From: Candidatus Bathyarchaeia archaeon
Lineage (GTDB): Archaea > Thermoproteota > Bathyarchaeia > 40CM-2-53-6
Length of the DNA stretch: 64,000 bases
Direction: 5' to 3'
Assembly (NCBI GenBank): GCA_049513715.1
Contig: JBEKVV010000004.1
Coordinates: forward strand, 96,001-160,000
The position numbers were made by a program, and so were the translations under genes. Below the pieces are notes generated by a model. That model did no database searches. It saw only the letters and a list, made by a program, of their open reading frames with translations, and had not been told where the DNA came from. Below are positions 42,197 to 50,921 of the stretch, one piece after another; the first letter of the stretch is position 1, and every line of letters starts with the position of its first letter.

Positions 42197-42865
42197 GTGG
42201 GACAGACGCGCAAAAAGTTGCTAACCATTGGCCTTCTCATACTTCTCGCCGGAGTGTACCTGTTTGAGCAAGGGCCTCAAATGCTCACTCCGATAGCCGA
42301 AATGTTCGGGTTAGTAACATACACCCCAATCGTGACCCCTGTGATAGCACCAACTCTGTTCGCGGTTCCTGCCTCGAACTACACTGCCCTGTCAGAAACT
42401 TTGAGCGGTGACGTCCAGGTCAAAGGGTCGTTGGAAGTTAGTGACGGTCGTGAGATTGCTTTCTACGTTATGGATGCTGGGAATTTCTCAGAGTGGCACG
42501 CGGGTCAACCCAGCGCCATTTTGCTTGCCAAGACCTTGGCGATAACATACAACTTCACCTTCACTCCCAAAGTCTCGGGAACGTACTTCTTCGTATTCGA
42601 TAACCAAGATACGACTCGCCGGACTGTAATCTTCAGCCTCAACACCGTTGAGGTTCTTGCGGTACTGAGCCCTATTGTCGAATACGCTGGATATGAGGCG
42701 ATGCTGTTGGGAATCGTGCTTTCTATAGCGGGGATTAAGACTGGAAAGAAGAAACCGGTACAACAAAAGACATTGGCGGAGGGGCTGTGGAATTGTAGGT
42801 TCTGCGGAGTGGACAACGCAGGCAGCGATGTGTTCTGTACAAAATGCGGGCGTTCGCAACAGTAG
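42197..42865 (+). CDS. membrane protein with GOLD-like domain and C-terminal zinc ribbon
   Basis: SGTYFFVFDN; WNCRFCG...CTKCG. Confidence 0.7.
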   Translation: MGQTRKKLLTIGLLILLAGVYLFEQGPQMLTPIAEMFGLVTYTPIVTPVIAPTLFAVPASNYTALSETLSGDVQVKGSLEVSDGREIAFYVMDAGNFSEWHAGQPSAILLAKTLAITYNFTFTPKVSGTYFFVFDNQDTTRRTVIFSLNTVEVLAVLSPIVEYAGYEAMLLGIVLSIAGIKTGKKKPVQQKTLAEGLWNCRFCGVDNAGSDVFCTKCGRSQQ

Positions 42866-42878
42866 TCGGTTTGAGGTC

Positions 42879-44075
42879 TTAGCCTATGTTCGTTGGGGAG
42901 TTTTGTTCAGTTTTCCGGAATATTGCGTAGAAGAGGGTTATGGACATGACGTACAAGATTGTGCAGAGGTAGAATGGCAAGCTGAGGTTGCCCGCGTTCA
43001 GTAGCGAGCCACCGACGACAGTGCTTGCTGCGTTCGGTAATCGCCAGATCACCACGTTAAGCGAGGACGCAGTTGCCCTTTCGTCCTCTGCAATCATGTT
43101 CATCAGAAATGTGTCGCCGAGGGGGCTGGACATGTTCATGAGAACTGCACGAATGACGTAGAGGGGTCCGGCGATCATTGGGCTTGGGCTGAATGGGATG
43201 GAGAGTAGGAAAATGGTTGAGAGCCCCTGAGTCACAACGATTCCTCTAATCAAGCCTATTCGTTTAGCGATGCTCGGTGCCGCTAGGGCGGTTAGTCCCA
43301 TTATGATGCTCGATGCTGCGACGAGAGGCCCGCTGAAGACGTCTGTCACATTGAAGCGAAGATAGAACCATGTCGGTATTAGTGGAATGATGAGTCCTGC
43401 TCCCAAGCCGATCATCAGGTTCGCGGTTGAGAATTTAGCTATGATTCCAAGCGATTTGCGAGGCAGTATACCCTTACGTGACGTCTTCGGCTTGATGTTG
43501 ACTGCCCAACGTGAAACCGTAAGCGGGGTTGCGAGGCATATGAGTCCAAGTGCAACGAAAGTCAGTCGGTGCGCTGTCAACAGATCCATTGGCAGCAGCG
43601 GGAATAAGCCGGGCACGAATGTGCCAACACCGGAAGCAATCGTGAAGGTCATGAAGGACAGGCTGAATGTGGCAGCCCTAACATCGGCGGTCGTTGTATC
43701 CGCAAGGTATGCGTTCCATGTGGACAGGTACATGGCCTCGCCTATGCCGCCTGCTATGGCTGAAAGTTCTAGCAGGAGGATGTCTGCTGTGATGCCCGGA
43801 ACTATGATGATGAAGCTCGTGAGAAGTCCTCCGACTAGCATTATGCGTTTGCGGCCGTAACGGTCAGAAAGCACAGCGAACGGGATGCTGAAGACCACGG
43901 TAGTTAACCCGAAAATCGTCAGGAGGGCGCCCAGATAAGTGACAGATATGCCTTCTAAGGGGAGAAAGACTGCTATGGCTACTTCGTAGAAGCCCAACCC
44001 TAGCGCCAAGGGGCTTGCACCCAAAACGACGCGGACAGTGTTTTTCGGGACACTTCCGAATGGGTGCATCTGCAT
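42879..44075 (-). CDS. MFS transporter
   Basis: LSDRYGRK, about 12 TM. Confidence 0.92.
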   Translation of the reverse strand: MQMHPFGSVPKNTVRVVLGASPLALGLGFYEVAIAVFLPLEGISVTYLGALLTIFGLTTVVFSIPFAVLSDRYGRKRIMLVGGLLTSFIIIVPGITADILLLELSAIAGGIGEAMYLSTWNAYLADTTTADVRAATFSLSFMTFTIASGVGTFVPGLFPLLPMDLLTAHRLTFVALGLICLATPLTVSRWAVNIKPKTSRKGILPRKSLGIIAKFSTANLMIGLGAGLIIPLIPTWFYLRFNVTDVFSGPLVAASSIIMGLTALAAPSIAKRIGLIRGIVVTQGLSTIFLLSIPFSPSPMIAGPLYVIRAVLMNMSSPLGDTFLMNMIAEDERATASSLNVVIWRLPNAASTVVGGSLLNAGNLSLPFYLCTILYVMSITLFYAIFRKTEQNSPTNIG

Positions 44076-44126
44076 TGGCCACTTACCAGGGGTTCTGATT
44101 AGATGAGCATGCTGATCGAAAAAAAG

Positions 44127-44543
44127 CTACGCCATGTTCTCGCGAAGGATCCCTGCGACTTCGGTCGGAAGCAGAGTAGCCTTCCAGTTCAGGTCGACTG
44201 CGATGCATTTCAAGTAGCCTTCAGCGGCCAATTCGTTCGTTTCCTTTTTGTTTAGTTGAAACTCGTATGTGACGGTCTTATCGGTGATTTCCTTGACCTT
44301 CATTACGACTTCAATGAGGTCATCGTACTTGCAGGCTACCATGTATACACAGTGTGCTTCAACCCTTGGTAGCATTATTCCGTATTTCTCGCGAATTTTG
44401 GCGTGAGTTGCACCCAGTGAGCGGTAGAACTCTTGCTCGCAGGCCTCGAAGTACCTGAAGAAGTTGGTATAGTGCATCACTCCCGCTACATCTGTGTCAA
44501 CCCAACGAACACGAAACGCGTATTTGAAACTCATCGCGGTCAA
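44127..44543 (-). CDS. acyl-CoA thioesterase (YbgC/4HBT family)
   Basis: VRWVDTD.AGVMH..NFFRYFE. Confidence 0.9.
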   Translation of the reverse strand: MTAMSFKYAFRVRWVDTDVAGVMHYTNFFRYFEACEQEFYRSLGATHAKIREKYGIMLPRVEAHCVYMVACKYDDLIEVVMKVKEITDKTVTYEFQLNKKETNELAAEGYLKCIAVDLNWKATLLPTEVAGILRENMA

Positions 44544-44662
44544 CTATCCCATTGTCCGGCTGAAAGTACTCCATAGATTTAACGAAGCCGTATTGCAAAT
44601 GCGAAAAGGCTGCGGGATTCTCTGAAAGCTTATAGGGCACGCGCCAGAGGCTTTGGTTTTGT

Positions 44663-44837
44663 CCCGCGGTAGCTCAGCCTGGTAGAGCTTCCGAGTCGCT
44701 CTAACTAGGAGTGACGGAGACGCTGTAGGTGTGCGCCCAAGGCGCGGCCATGTCAGCCTACTAGGCTAACAACCGAAACCGGACTGTCGCTGGTTCAAAG
44801 CAGGTGTTACCCTGTGAAAATCCGGCCCGCGGGACCA
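44663..44837 (+). tRNA. tRNA-Tyr(GTA) with three BHB introns (30/31, 37/38, 59/60)
   Basis: Removing 44694-44721, 44729-44777 and 44800-44820 gives a 77-nt cloverleaf. Confidence 0.92.
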
Positions 44838-45668
44838 TTATTTTGATGGTCGTGGGATCGGGGCTCCATTCTCCTTCAAAAGCAGAAGCCGTTCTTGAAG
44901 AGTTGTATGTGGTGGACAGGTACCAAGGGCTTTCCATACTAGGAATTTCGTATTCTTCGACAGATTGGCGAATCCCACTCTCATCATCCAGTAATGTAGC
45001 TGCTTACGACCCTTAATCCATATCAAGTGAAGTGGTACTCGACGCATCTGCTTGCTTTGGTATACACTACTATAGAAACGAAAACCCAGGTTCTTGAGCA
45101 AGCGAGTGGTGCCACTTGCGAGCGAGGGACTGCATGTTGAGAAGTTCAAAATGGGATCAGAGTATTCGGATCTTGCGTTCTTGCCAAATGAGAGTGAGCC
45201 GTCCGTGTCAAAGAGACCTCTCAAACAAGCTGAGTAGAACGATTTGTCATTGGAGTCCAGGAGAACGTCGGGTATACGGGCTCTGTACTTGGGCCCAACT
45301 GGCAATCCAAGAATCTTGGATTTGAAATAGAATACGGCCATGGAGCCGTACATCAGGTTCAGTTCTGACTTTTCAGGGCGCTCGTAAGTGCTACCTCGAA
45401 GATTGTAGAGCCGGGAAACAAGCGTCGAAACATGCGAAAGGAGGTAATCGCGGTCTTCTCTGTTATGCCCTGTATAGATCCATCGATACTCTGTTCCTCC
45501 ACGTTTCGGCCTGCAGAACTTCAGTTGGCCGTCACCCAAATGAATCCCGATTTCCTCCGCAAGCTCTATCGACATTTCTTTGGGGATCGTAACCTGTCTT
45601 CGGTCATCATTCCAACTGCGTGGCAGTGTCGAAGGAATCGGAGGCCTCATCCTTGCATATCGCTCCAA
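44838..45668 (-). CDS. free-standing two-motif LAGLIDADG homing endonuclease
   Basis: ELAEEIGIHLGDG and CLRGLFDTDGS; no intein splice ends. Confidence 0.88.
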   Translation of the reverse strand: MERYARMRPPIPSTLPRSWNDDRRQVTIPKEMSIELAEEIGIHLGDGQLKFCRPKRGGTEYRWIYTGHNREDRDYLLSHVSTLVSRLYNLRGSTYERPEKSELNLMYGSMAVFYFKSKILGLPVGPKYRARIPDVLLDSNDKSFYSACLRGLFDTDGSLSFGKNARSEYSDPILNFSTCSPSLASGTTRLLKNLGFRFYSSVYQSKQMRRVPLHLIWIKGRKQLHYWMMRVGFANLSKNTKFLVWKALGTCPPHTTLQERLLLLKENGAPIPRPSK

Positions 45669-45762
45669 GAGTGTGAGTAATTGCGACTACTAATGCGAGA
45701 GAGCTAGGTGAAACGAATCTGGAATCGTACTAGTCCTACCGTGCAGTATTCAATGAAGGACA

Positions 45763-45910
45763 GCTGTAGTCCTGTACCTTGATGGTATGGGGAGTTCAGC
45801 TTACTAGGCGTACAACGTCTGAAACCGGAGTGTCGCTGGAGAACCGTTCAATGGTTCGGCGAATTCAAAATGGAGTGCATAACTCTATGAAACTCCGGCC
45901 CGCGGGACCA
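45763..45910 (+). pseudogene. 5'-truncated tRNA-Tyr(GTA) copy with introns at 37/38, 53/54, 59/60
   Basis: GCTGTAG|45770-45823|ACCGGAGTGTCGCTGG|45840-45863|TTCAAA|45870-45893|TCCGGCCCGCGGGACCA; acceptor 5' strand absent. Confidence 0.85.
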
Positions 45911-45978
45911 TAACCGAGCTGTAAACGAAACCGTGTTCAATGACTCTTTCACCCTGAGAGCGGGTTCGTTTCCTGATT

Positions 45979-46455
45979 CTACGTGGTCGGTTTGGATACC
46001 TTGTAGAGAAACAGCTTGCGCTCAAGACCACCACTGCTTCCTATTGCGACTTTTTCAGGTGTGAAGCCTGGGAGCTCATAGTCAAGAGAAACGATTCTGG
46101 CGCCCTCTTTGAGTTCCTGTTTCAGTTTGGGTGCTAGCTTCGAGTTCACGCTATCTGAGAGGTAGATGATGACGGCGTCGGCAGGGGAAACGTCGACGTC
46201 CATGAAGTCTGCTTGGATTACTTGTGCTTCGATGCCGGTGGATTTTACGCGTTCCTGAATTCGGGAAACTCGTTCGGGGTCGATCTCGATTCCAACAACC
46301 TTCGCCCCGAATTTTCGTGCAGCTTCGATTAGAATGCGTCCGTCACCGGCTCCCAAGTCGTAGATTGTCTCCCCGCGTCGAATTTGGGCGAGCGAGAGCA
46401 TCTGGTGCACTATGGATTTTGGTGTTGGAATGTATGCTACGTCTAAGTCTACCAC
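45979..46455 (-). CDS. SAM-dependent (protein-lysine-type) methyltransferase
   Basis: YIPTP, YDLGAGDGR, GIEID. Confidence 0.9.
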   Translation of the reverse strand: MVDLDVAYIPTPKSIVHQMLSLAQIRRGETIYDLGAGDGRILIEAARKFGAKVVGIEIDPERVSRIQERVKSTGIEAQVIQADFMDVDVSPADAVIIYLSDSVNSKLAPKLKQELKEGARIVSLDYELPGFTPEKVAIGSSGGLERKLFLYKVSKPTT

Positions 46456-46520
46456 TCTATTCGTCCTCGTCGCAAATTCATTTCAGGTCTTCGAGGAGTT
46501 GGCGACCCAGAGAAAGAAAG

Positions 46521-48461
46521 CTAACGCTTCCTCCTGACCGATCGCCTTCGCTTGCGCTTCGAAGGTTTCCTCCGCAGAAACAGCACGAAGGAGGCGGCAG
46601 ACGCCGCGACGACAGTGATGAGCAATGTCACTTCATACAGCCAAATCGGAGCTAACACATTCAAATCCAGAAAACCTGTGGAGCCACCAAAATACGGGTT
46701 GCCATTGACTGCAACTGTCAGGTTGTGTTCTCCGAGCTGATACCATCCGAAGGCGAGTGTGATGTTCATTGTTCCATCGACAAGCCTTTGACTTGTAATG
46801 AGTTTGTTGTCGAGCCAAATGTCGGCTTGGAGGTTCGGGAGTAAGTTGCCGAATTCATCTGTGGCTTTGACGGTAATTGTGCTAGGCTGAGCTGCCTGCA
46901 TGTTTGGTGAACTGGAGAACTGTATTCTGGTGGCAAGCTTACCCAAGTTCAGGGTTGTCAGCTGGTCGCTGCCCGCAAGGTAGAGATTGCCAAACTTGCC
47001 ACCTGTAAACAAGAAGCGAATGTAGTATTCACCGGGCTTGAGTGCGAAGTGTTCTTCAAAACGTGCAATGCCTTCGTTGTCGGTTTGGTTCGTATCGATG
47101 TCATACCATTGTTCGTGGTCGTAATACTGAAGTTTCACTGGCAGTCCTGAAAGCCTGTTGCCAGATAGGTCTGTAATGGTGGCTGATATTGTTGCTTGCC
47201 GTAGGTAGGTGGCGTTTACGGAGCGAGGTGGTATGATCTGGGTGTTCTGGAGGGTGAGGCCTGATAGTTTTTGGTTGGCTACGAGCACTGTGAAAGTATC
47301 TGCAGTTCTGGATTGGATGGTAATGAATACGTGCCGGGCCGGGTCTTCGAAGGTTTCTCCGACTTGGTAGGGGGCATCGTTCAGCGTTTTGGTTGATGTG
47401 TTCGCGTCCATGACTTGAACGATTCCGCCGCCAGTGTCGCGTGATTCATCTATTCTCGTGATTAGGACGCCTGAGCTAGGAAGGCTGTCGTCAAACCCCA
47501 CCCTGTCACGGAGTTCAACCATGTAATAGTCGGTAGAGCTGTTGGTTGTTATCTTGATTGTTCGAGTTCCGGAGCTTGTTTCTAGCGGGTGGAGTGTTTC
47601 ACTTTGGATGGAGAGGTTGCCTGTGGAAAGTTGAACGCTGTCTGGCAGAAGCCATCCCAACTTGACTCTACTCCACGCCTCAAGCTCTGCGGGCGAGGTG
47701 CCCGGAGGATTGCCCAGCCACAACCCAGTTGCCATAAGGGACCACCTCCCCACAAACGGATCTGGTGTGTTAGGGGCGGCGTTCGCGTCGTATAGATCTA
47801 GAAGGCCTAGCAAGTGCCCGTACTCATGCGTATAGACACCTAATGGAGAATGCCCGTGTGTTTCCATCTCAGGGGCTATTGCGGCGGCGTTGACGACGGC
47901 CCCGTTGTTTGCTTGAATCTGCAGGTCATACCAGTAAGCCTCGGACCAAATGTCGTCGGATGTGGATGCCGCATCCTCTTGTCCTGCTCCTGCGTGAACC
48001 ACAACGATCTTGGAGTACGCATTGAAGTCAACATCCGCTTCGGCTGCTGTGATTGCGTCTCTGATCAATTGGACAGGGTTTGCATCGCTTCCCGGCTGCG
48101 ATGGGTTGAGGTCAGCGCCGTAGAAGGACATAGGGTTAGGAAGCTGATACCAGCCTACGGTTTTCCCGATAACTTGGATTTCGCCGTATGAAACGTCGGA
48201 GTAGTATTTCGCCATCTGGTTGAAAATCATATTGTCAATTGCAGTTTTGTTGGCCGTGTGTTTGACATCGGAGAATTCAACTAGAATCGCAAGCGTGTTT
48301 TGTGGACCTGAGGCAGGGGAGACTGGAGGGTAGTACTGAGGTCCAACGCCCTTCACCCCCAGAAGGTTGGGGCGCATTGCGGCTGCGTAGTCAGGACGCA
48401 TGGACGAGGCTAATACGCAGAAGAGAAAGACCACGGCGATGAGTACTTTTGAGGTTTTCAT
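46521..48461 (-). CDS. M6-family (immune inhibitor A) metalloprotease, membrane-anchored with Ig-like repeats
   Basis: HAGAGQE, HEYGHLLGLLDLY, WSLM..G; C-terminal TM and basic tail. Confidence 0.9.
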   Translation of the reverse strand: MKTSKVLIAVVFLFCVLASSMRPDYAAAMRPNLLGVKGVGPQYYPPVSPASGPQNTLAILVEFSDVKHTANKTAIDNMIFNQMAKYYSDVSYGEIQVIGKTVGWYQLPNPMSFYGADLNPSQPGSDANPVQLIRDAITAAEADVDFNAYSKIVVVHAGAGQEDAASTSDDIWSEAYWYDLQIQANNGAVVNAAAIAPEMETHGHSPLGVYTHEYGHLLGLLDLYDANAAPNTPDPFVGRWSLMATGLWLGNPPGTSPAELEAWSRVKLGWLLPDSVQLSTGNLSIQSETLHPLETSSGTRTIKITTNSSTDYYMVELRDRVGFDDSLPSSGVLITRIDESRDTGGGIVQVMDANTSTKTLNDAPYQVGETFEDPARHVFITIQSRTADTFTVLVANQKLSGLTLQNTQIIPPRSVNATYLRQATISATITDLSGNRLSGLPVKLQYYDHEQWYDIDTNQTDNEGIARFEEHFALKPGEYYIRFLFTGGKFGNLYLAGSDQLTTLNLGKLATRIQFSSSPNMQAAQPSTITVKATDEFGNLLPNLQADIWLDNKLITSQRLVDGTMNITLAFGWYQLGEHNLTVAVNGNPYFGGSTGFLDLNVLAPIWLYEVTLLITVVAASAASFVLFLRRKPSKRKRRRSVRRKR

Positions 48462-48550
48462 TCCGACAGGACCCGGTTGCTAATGGGAGAAGGTCAAACA
48501 GGAAACAACCCGAACACTTTAAACTCTCTTGAGGATTTGTATGAAACCGG

Positions 48551-48656
48551 GCCCTGGTCGTTCAGTGGTCTAGGATGACGGCCTGTCACGTCGTCGACGC
48601 GGGTTCGAATCCCGCCCAAAGGAGCGGAAAGAATCTTCTCCTGGCGAGGGGCGCCA
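48551..48656 (+). tRNA. tRNA-Asp(GTC) with a BHB intron at 68/69 (acceptor stem)
   Basis: Removing 48619-48648 restores GCCCTGG/CCAGGGC plus GCCA (76 nt); TTTAAA about 30 nt upstream. Confidence 0.92.
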
Positions 48657-48672
48657 ACCCGCGTACCCACGA

Positions 48673-48813
48673 CTACTCATCAAGGCCGGACAGCTTTTTC
48701 ATGTCCATGTTGCTGAGTTTCTTGCTTTTGCAGCGGGGGCAGGAGGGTTCTTTGGCGTTTGTGAGAAATTCGTAGCTGCAATCATTGCACGCGTAGAAGG
48801 CCGCTTTGTCCAA
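48673..48813 (-). CDS. 46-aa zinc-ribbon protein
   Basis: Manual translation MDKAAFYACNDCSYEF...CPRCKSKKL. Confidence 0.65.
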   Translation of the reverse strand: MDKAAFYACNDCSYEFLTNAKEPSCPRCKSKKLSNMDMKKLSGLDE

Positions 48814-48893
48814 GATTGTACCCGTGTTTCACTGTGTTCTTACTCAGTCATTAAATATCATTTTGCTGGTTTTGCTGGCGGTTTTGATTTACC

Positions 48894-49835
48894 ATGATGC
48901 CAGTTAATGAGAAGGATGTCGTAGCGGCAATCGAGAAAGTGAGCCCTGCGGTCGTGTCCATCGCAACCCTTAGGGTCATTCAGGAGAACCTGTTTGATGC
49001 TGTTCCAGTTCGCGGCTTGGGCTCGGGTATTATTTTCGATTCTAACGGTGGGATACTTACGAACCACCATATCGTTGAGGACGCTGAGAGGGTTCAGGTG
49101 GTTACTGCGAACGGGAAGAAGTTCCAGGGAGAGGTGTTGGGCTCTGATGCGATGTCGGATGTGGCTGTGGTCAGGGTGGATGGCGAGGGATTGCCTGCCG
49201 TTAGGCTTGGGGATTCCGATAAGTTGGTTGTGGGTCAAATTGCGATCGCAATCGGTAACCCGTACGGGTTTCTTCTACCCGGGCCGACGGCGACGGTTGG
49301 TGTAATCAGTGCTCTGCAACGGCATCTCCACGTTGAGAACCACATGTACGAGGACCTGATTCAAACCGACGCTTCAATCAACCCAGGAAACAGCGGCGGC
49401 CCCTTGGTGGACAGCTCAGGCCAAGTCATTGGCGTCAACACGGCTAACATACCGTTCGCGCAGGGCATAGGGTTCGCGATACCAATCAATAATGCGCGGA
49501 AGATTGCGAAGGAAATAATCCAGCACGGACGCGTCCCGCGACCGTACCTAGGTATCTCAGGCCTGACTCTGAACCGAGACATAGCCGAATCCTACAATAT
49601 TCCACACGAGAAGGGAGTGCTGGTGGTTAGGGTGGGGAGGGGTAGCCCAGCCCATAGGGGTGGCATGTCAGCCGGAGATGTGATTCTTGAGGTCGACAAG
49701 AAACCTCTGAAGGCTTGGGAGGATTTGCAGCATGTGGTTCAGGAGAAGAAGGTGGGAGAGAGTTTGGAATTGTTCGTGGGCCGCGACCAAGAGCAAGGCA
49801 AGATGAACATAGTCCTGGAGGAAGCGGCCAGGTAA
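48894..49835 (+). CDS. htrA: HtrA/DegP-family serine protease with PDZ domain
   Basis: TNHH, DVAV, QTDASINPGNSGGP. Confidence 0.95.
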   Translation: MMPVNEKDVVAAIEKVSPAVVSIATLRVIQENLFDAVPVRGLGSGIIFDSNGGILTNHHIVEDAERVQVVTANGKKFQGEVLGSDAMSDVAVVRVDGEGLPAVRLGDSDKLVVGQIAIAIGNPYGFLLPGPTATVGVISALQRHLHVENHMYEDLIQTDASINPGNSGGPLVDSSGQVIGVNTANIPFAQGIGFAIPINNARKIAKEIIQHGRVPRPYLGISGLTLNRDIAESYNIPHEKGVLVVRVGRGSPAHRGGMSAGDVILEVDKKPLKAWEDLQHVVQEKKVGESLELFVGRDQEQGKMNIVLEEAAR

Positions 49836-50124
49836 ATCTTCGTCCTAGCCACAGATTGGCGCCATTTTTCCTTTCTATTATTGTTGAGTAGGGGGGAGGG
49901 GGCAGTAGGGCAGTATGGGCCCCATCGTCGTGTTTCGGGATAAGATTTAAGCCAGTCATACTGGACGACAGACCTGAATCCAAACTAGGTTGCTGATTCC
50001 TCCGCCCTCCGGGGACTGGATCCAGTACTCCAACCTCTGAGCACCAACCAAGCCACGATTCGGGCTTTCTGGTGTTTTGCTGGCGGCTTGGCCGTAGCCT
50101 GTGATTCTTGTCGCGTGATCTTGG

Positions 50125-50460
50125 TTGGTGTTGTTCTTGAGGAAGAGTGTTCTTCGTATCTGGATTCGACAGCGTGAACTAGATCTGTTGGATGAATTGG
50201 CGAAACGCCTCGGGTTGCCCTCTAGAAGCCGACTTACAAACATCGCTCTGCAGTTCTTTTTCGAGCTAAACCATGAAGATCTCCCTGCTGCGGGGCAGAG
50301 GCGCAGGGTCAAGATATTGTTGGATCCATCAATCAAAGAAGAACTGGACGAGCTCTCCACATGCTTGCTCATTCGAAAAGCTTACCTGACGAAGATCGCG
50401 CTCAACGAATTCACACGTCGTTACCGGGCGACTTCTGTTCAACGAGATCATGAACCCTAG
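50125..50460 (+). CDS. tandem ribbon-helix-helix DNA-binding protein
   Basis: Two repeats: LLDELAKRLGLPSRSRL and ELDELSTCLLIRKAYL. Confidence 0.65.
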   Translation: MVLFLRKSVLRIWIRQRELDLLDELAKRLGLPSRSRLTNIALQFFFELNHEDLPAAGQRRRVKILLDPSIKEELDELSTCLLIRKAYLTKIALNEFTRRYRATSVQRDHEP

Positions 50461-50540
50461 CCGTACGTTAGGCCGCCTAACACAGTTTCGATTCCAGCCA
50501 CCTTTCGTCAAGGGAATGGATCAGGTCGGGGTTATCTGAG

Positions 50541-50921
50541 ATGGCAAATGAGTCGCATAAAAGCGACGATCCAGAAGTTGACATTCAGCAGGTAATCTGC
50601 AAATTAGTGCTAGCTCTGAAGCGATTGGAGGGCTACAATCCGGTTCTAGATCTGCCGCTCATTGAGGAGGTAGCCCGCAGCGCGGCTTTCATCAGACTCG
50701 GCGAAAGCTTCCTGATCAATCCGAAATGCTCTCCGGGAACGTACGCCAGTATTTCTGATGGGATAGCGAAGCATGCGTCCAGAATGCGCCAAGCCATGAA
50801 GGAGCTGGCAGCTACGAGAGCGGAGCGAATGCGCTACCAAACTGCAACGGCACAAGCCGCGCAGGTCAAAGAGATCGTGGATAAGATCATTCACCAGGAG
50901 AATGAGCATGACAGCGCGTGA
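50541..50921 (+). CDS. putative terminase small subunit
   Basis: Helical 126-aa protein overlapping the terL start. Confidence 0.45.
   Translation: MANESHKSDDPEVDIQQVICKLVLALKRLEGYNPVLDLPLIEEVARSAAFIRLGESFLINPKCSPGTYASISDGIAKHASRMRQAMKELAATRAERMRYQTATAQAAQVKEIVDKIIHQENEHDSA

Noticed and set aside
44838..45668. LAGLIDADG as an intein or intron-encoded ORF
   Set aside because: No intein splice residues or host exteins; it is antisense to, and outside, the tRNA.
50041..50131. Second BHB-processed RNA
   Set aside because: The stem is real but the adjoining internal loop does not fit 3-4-3 BHB geometry.
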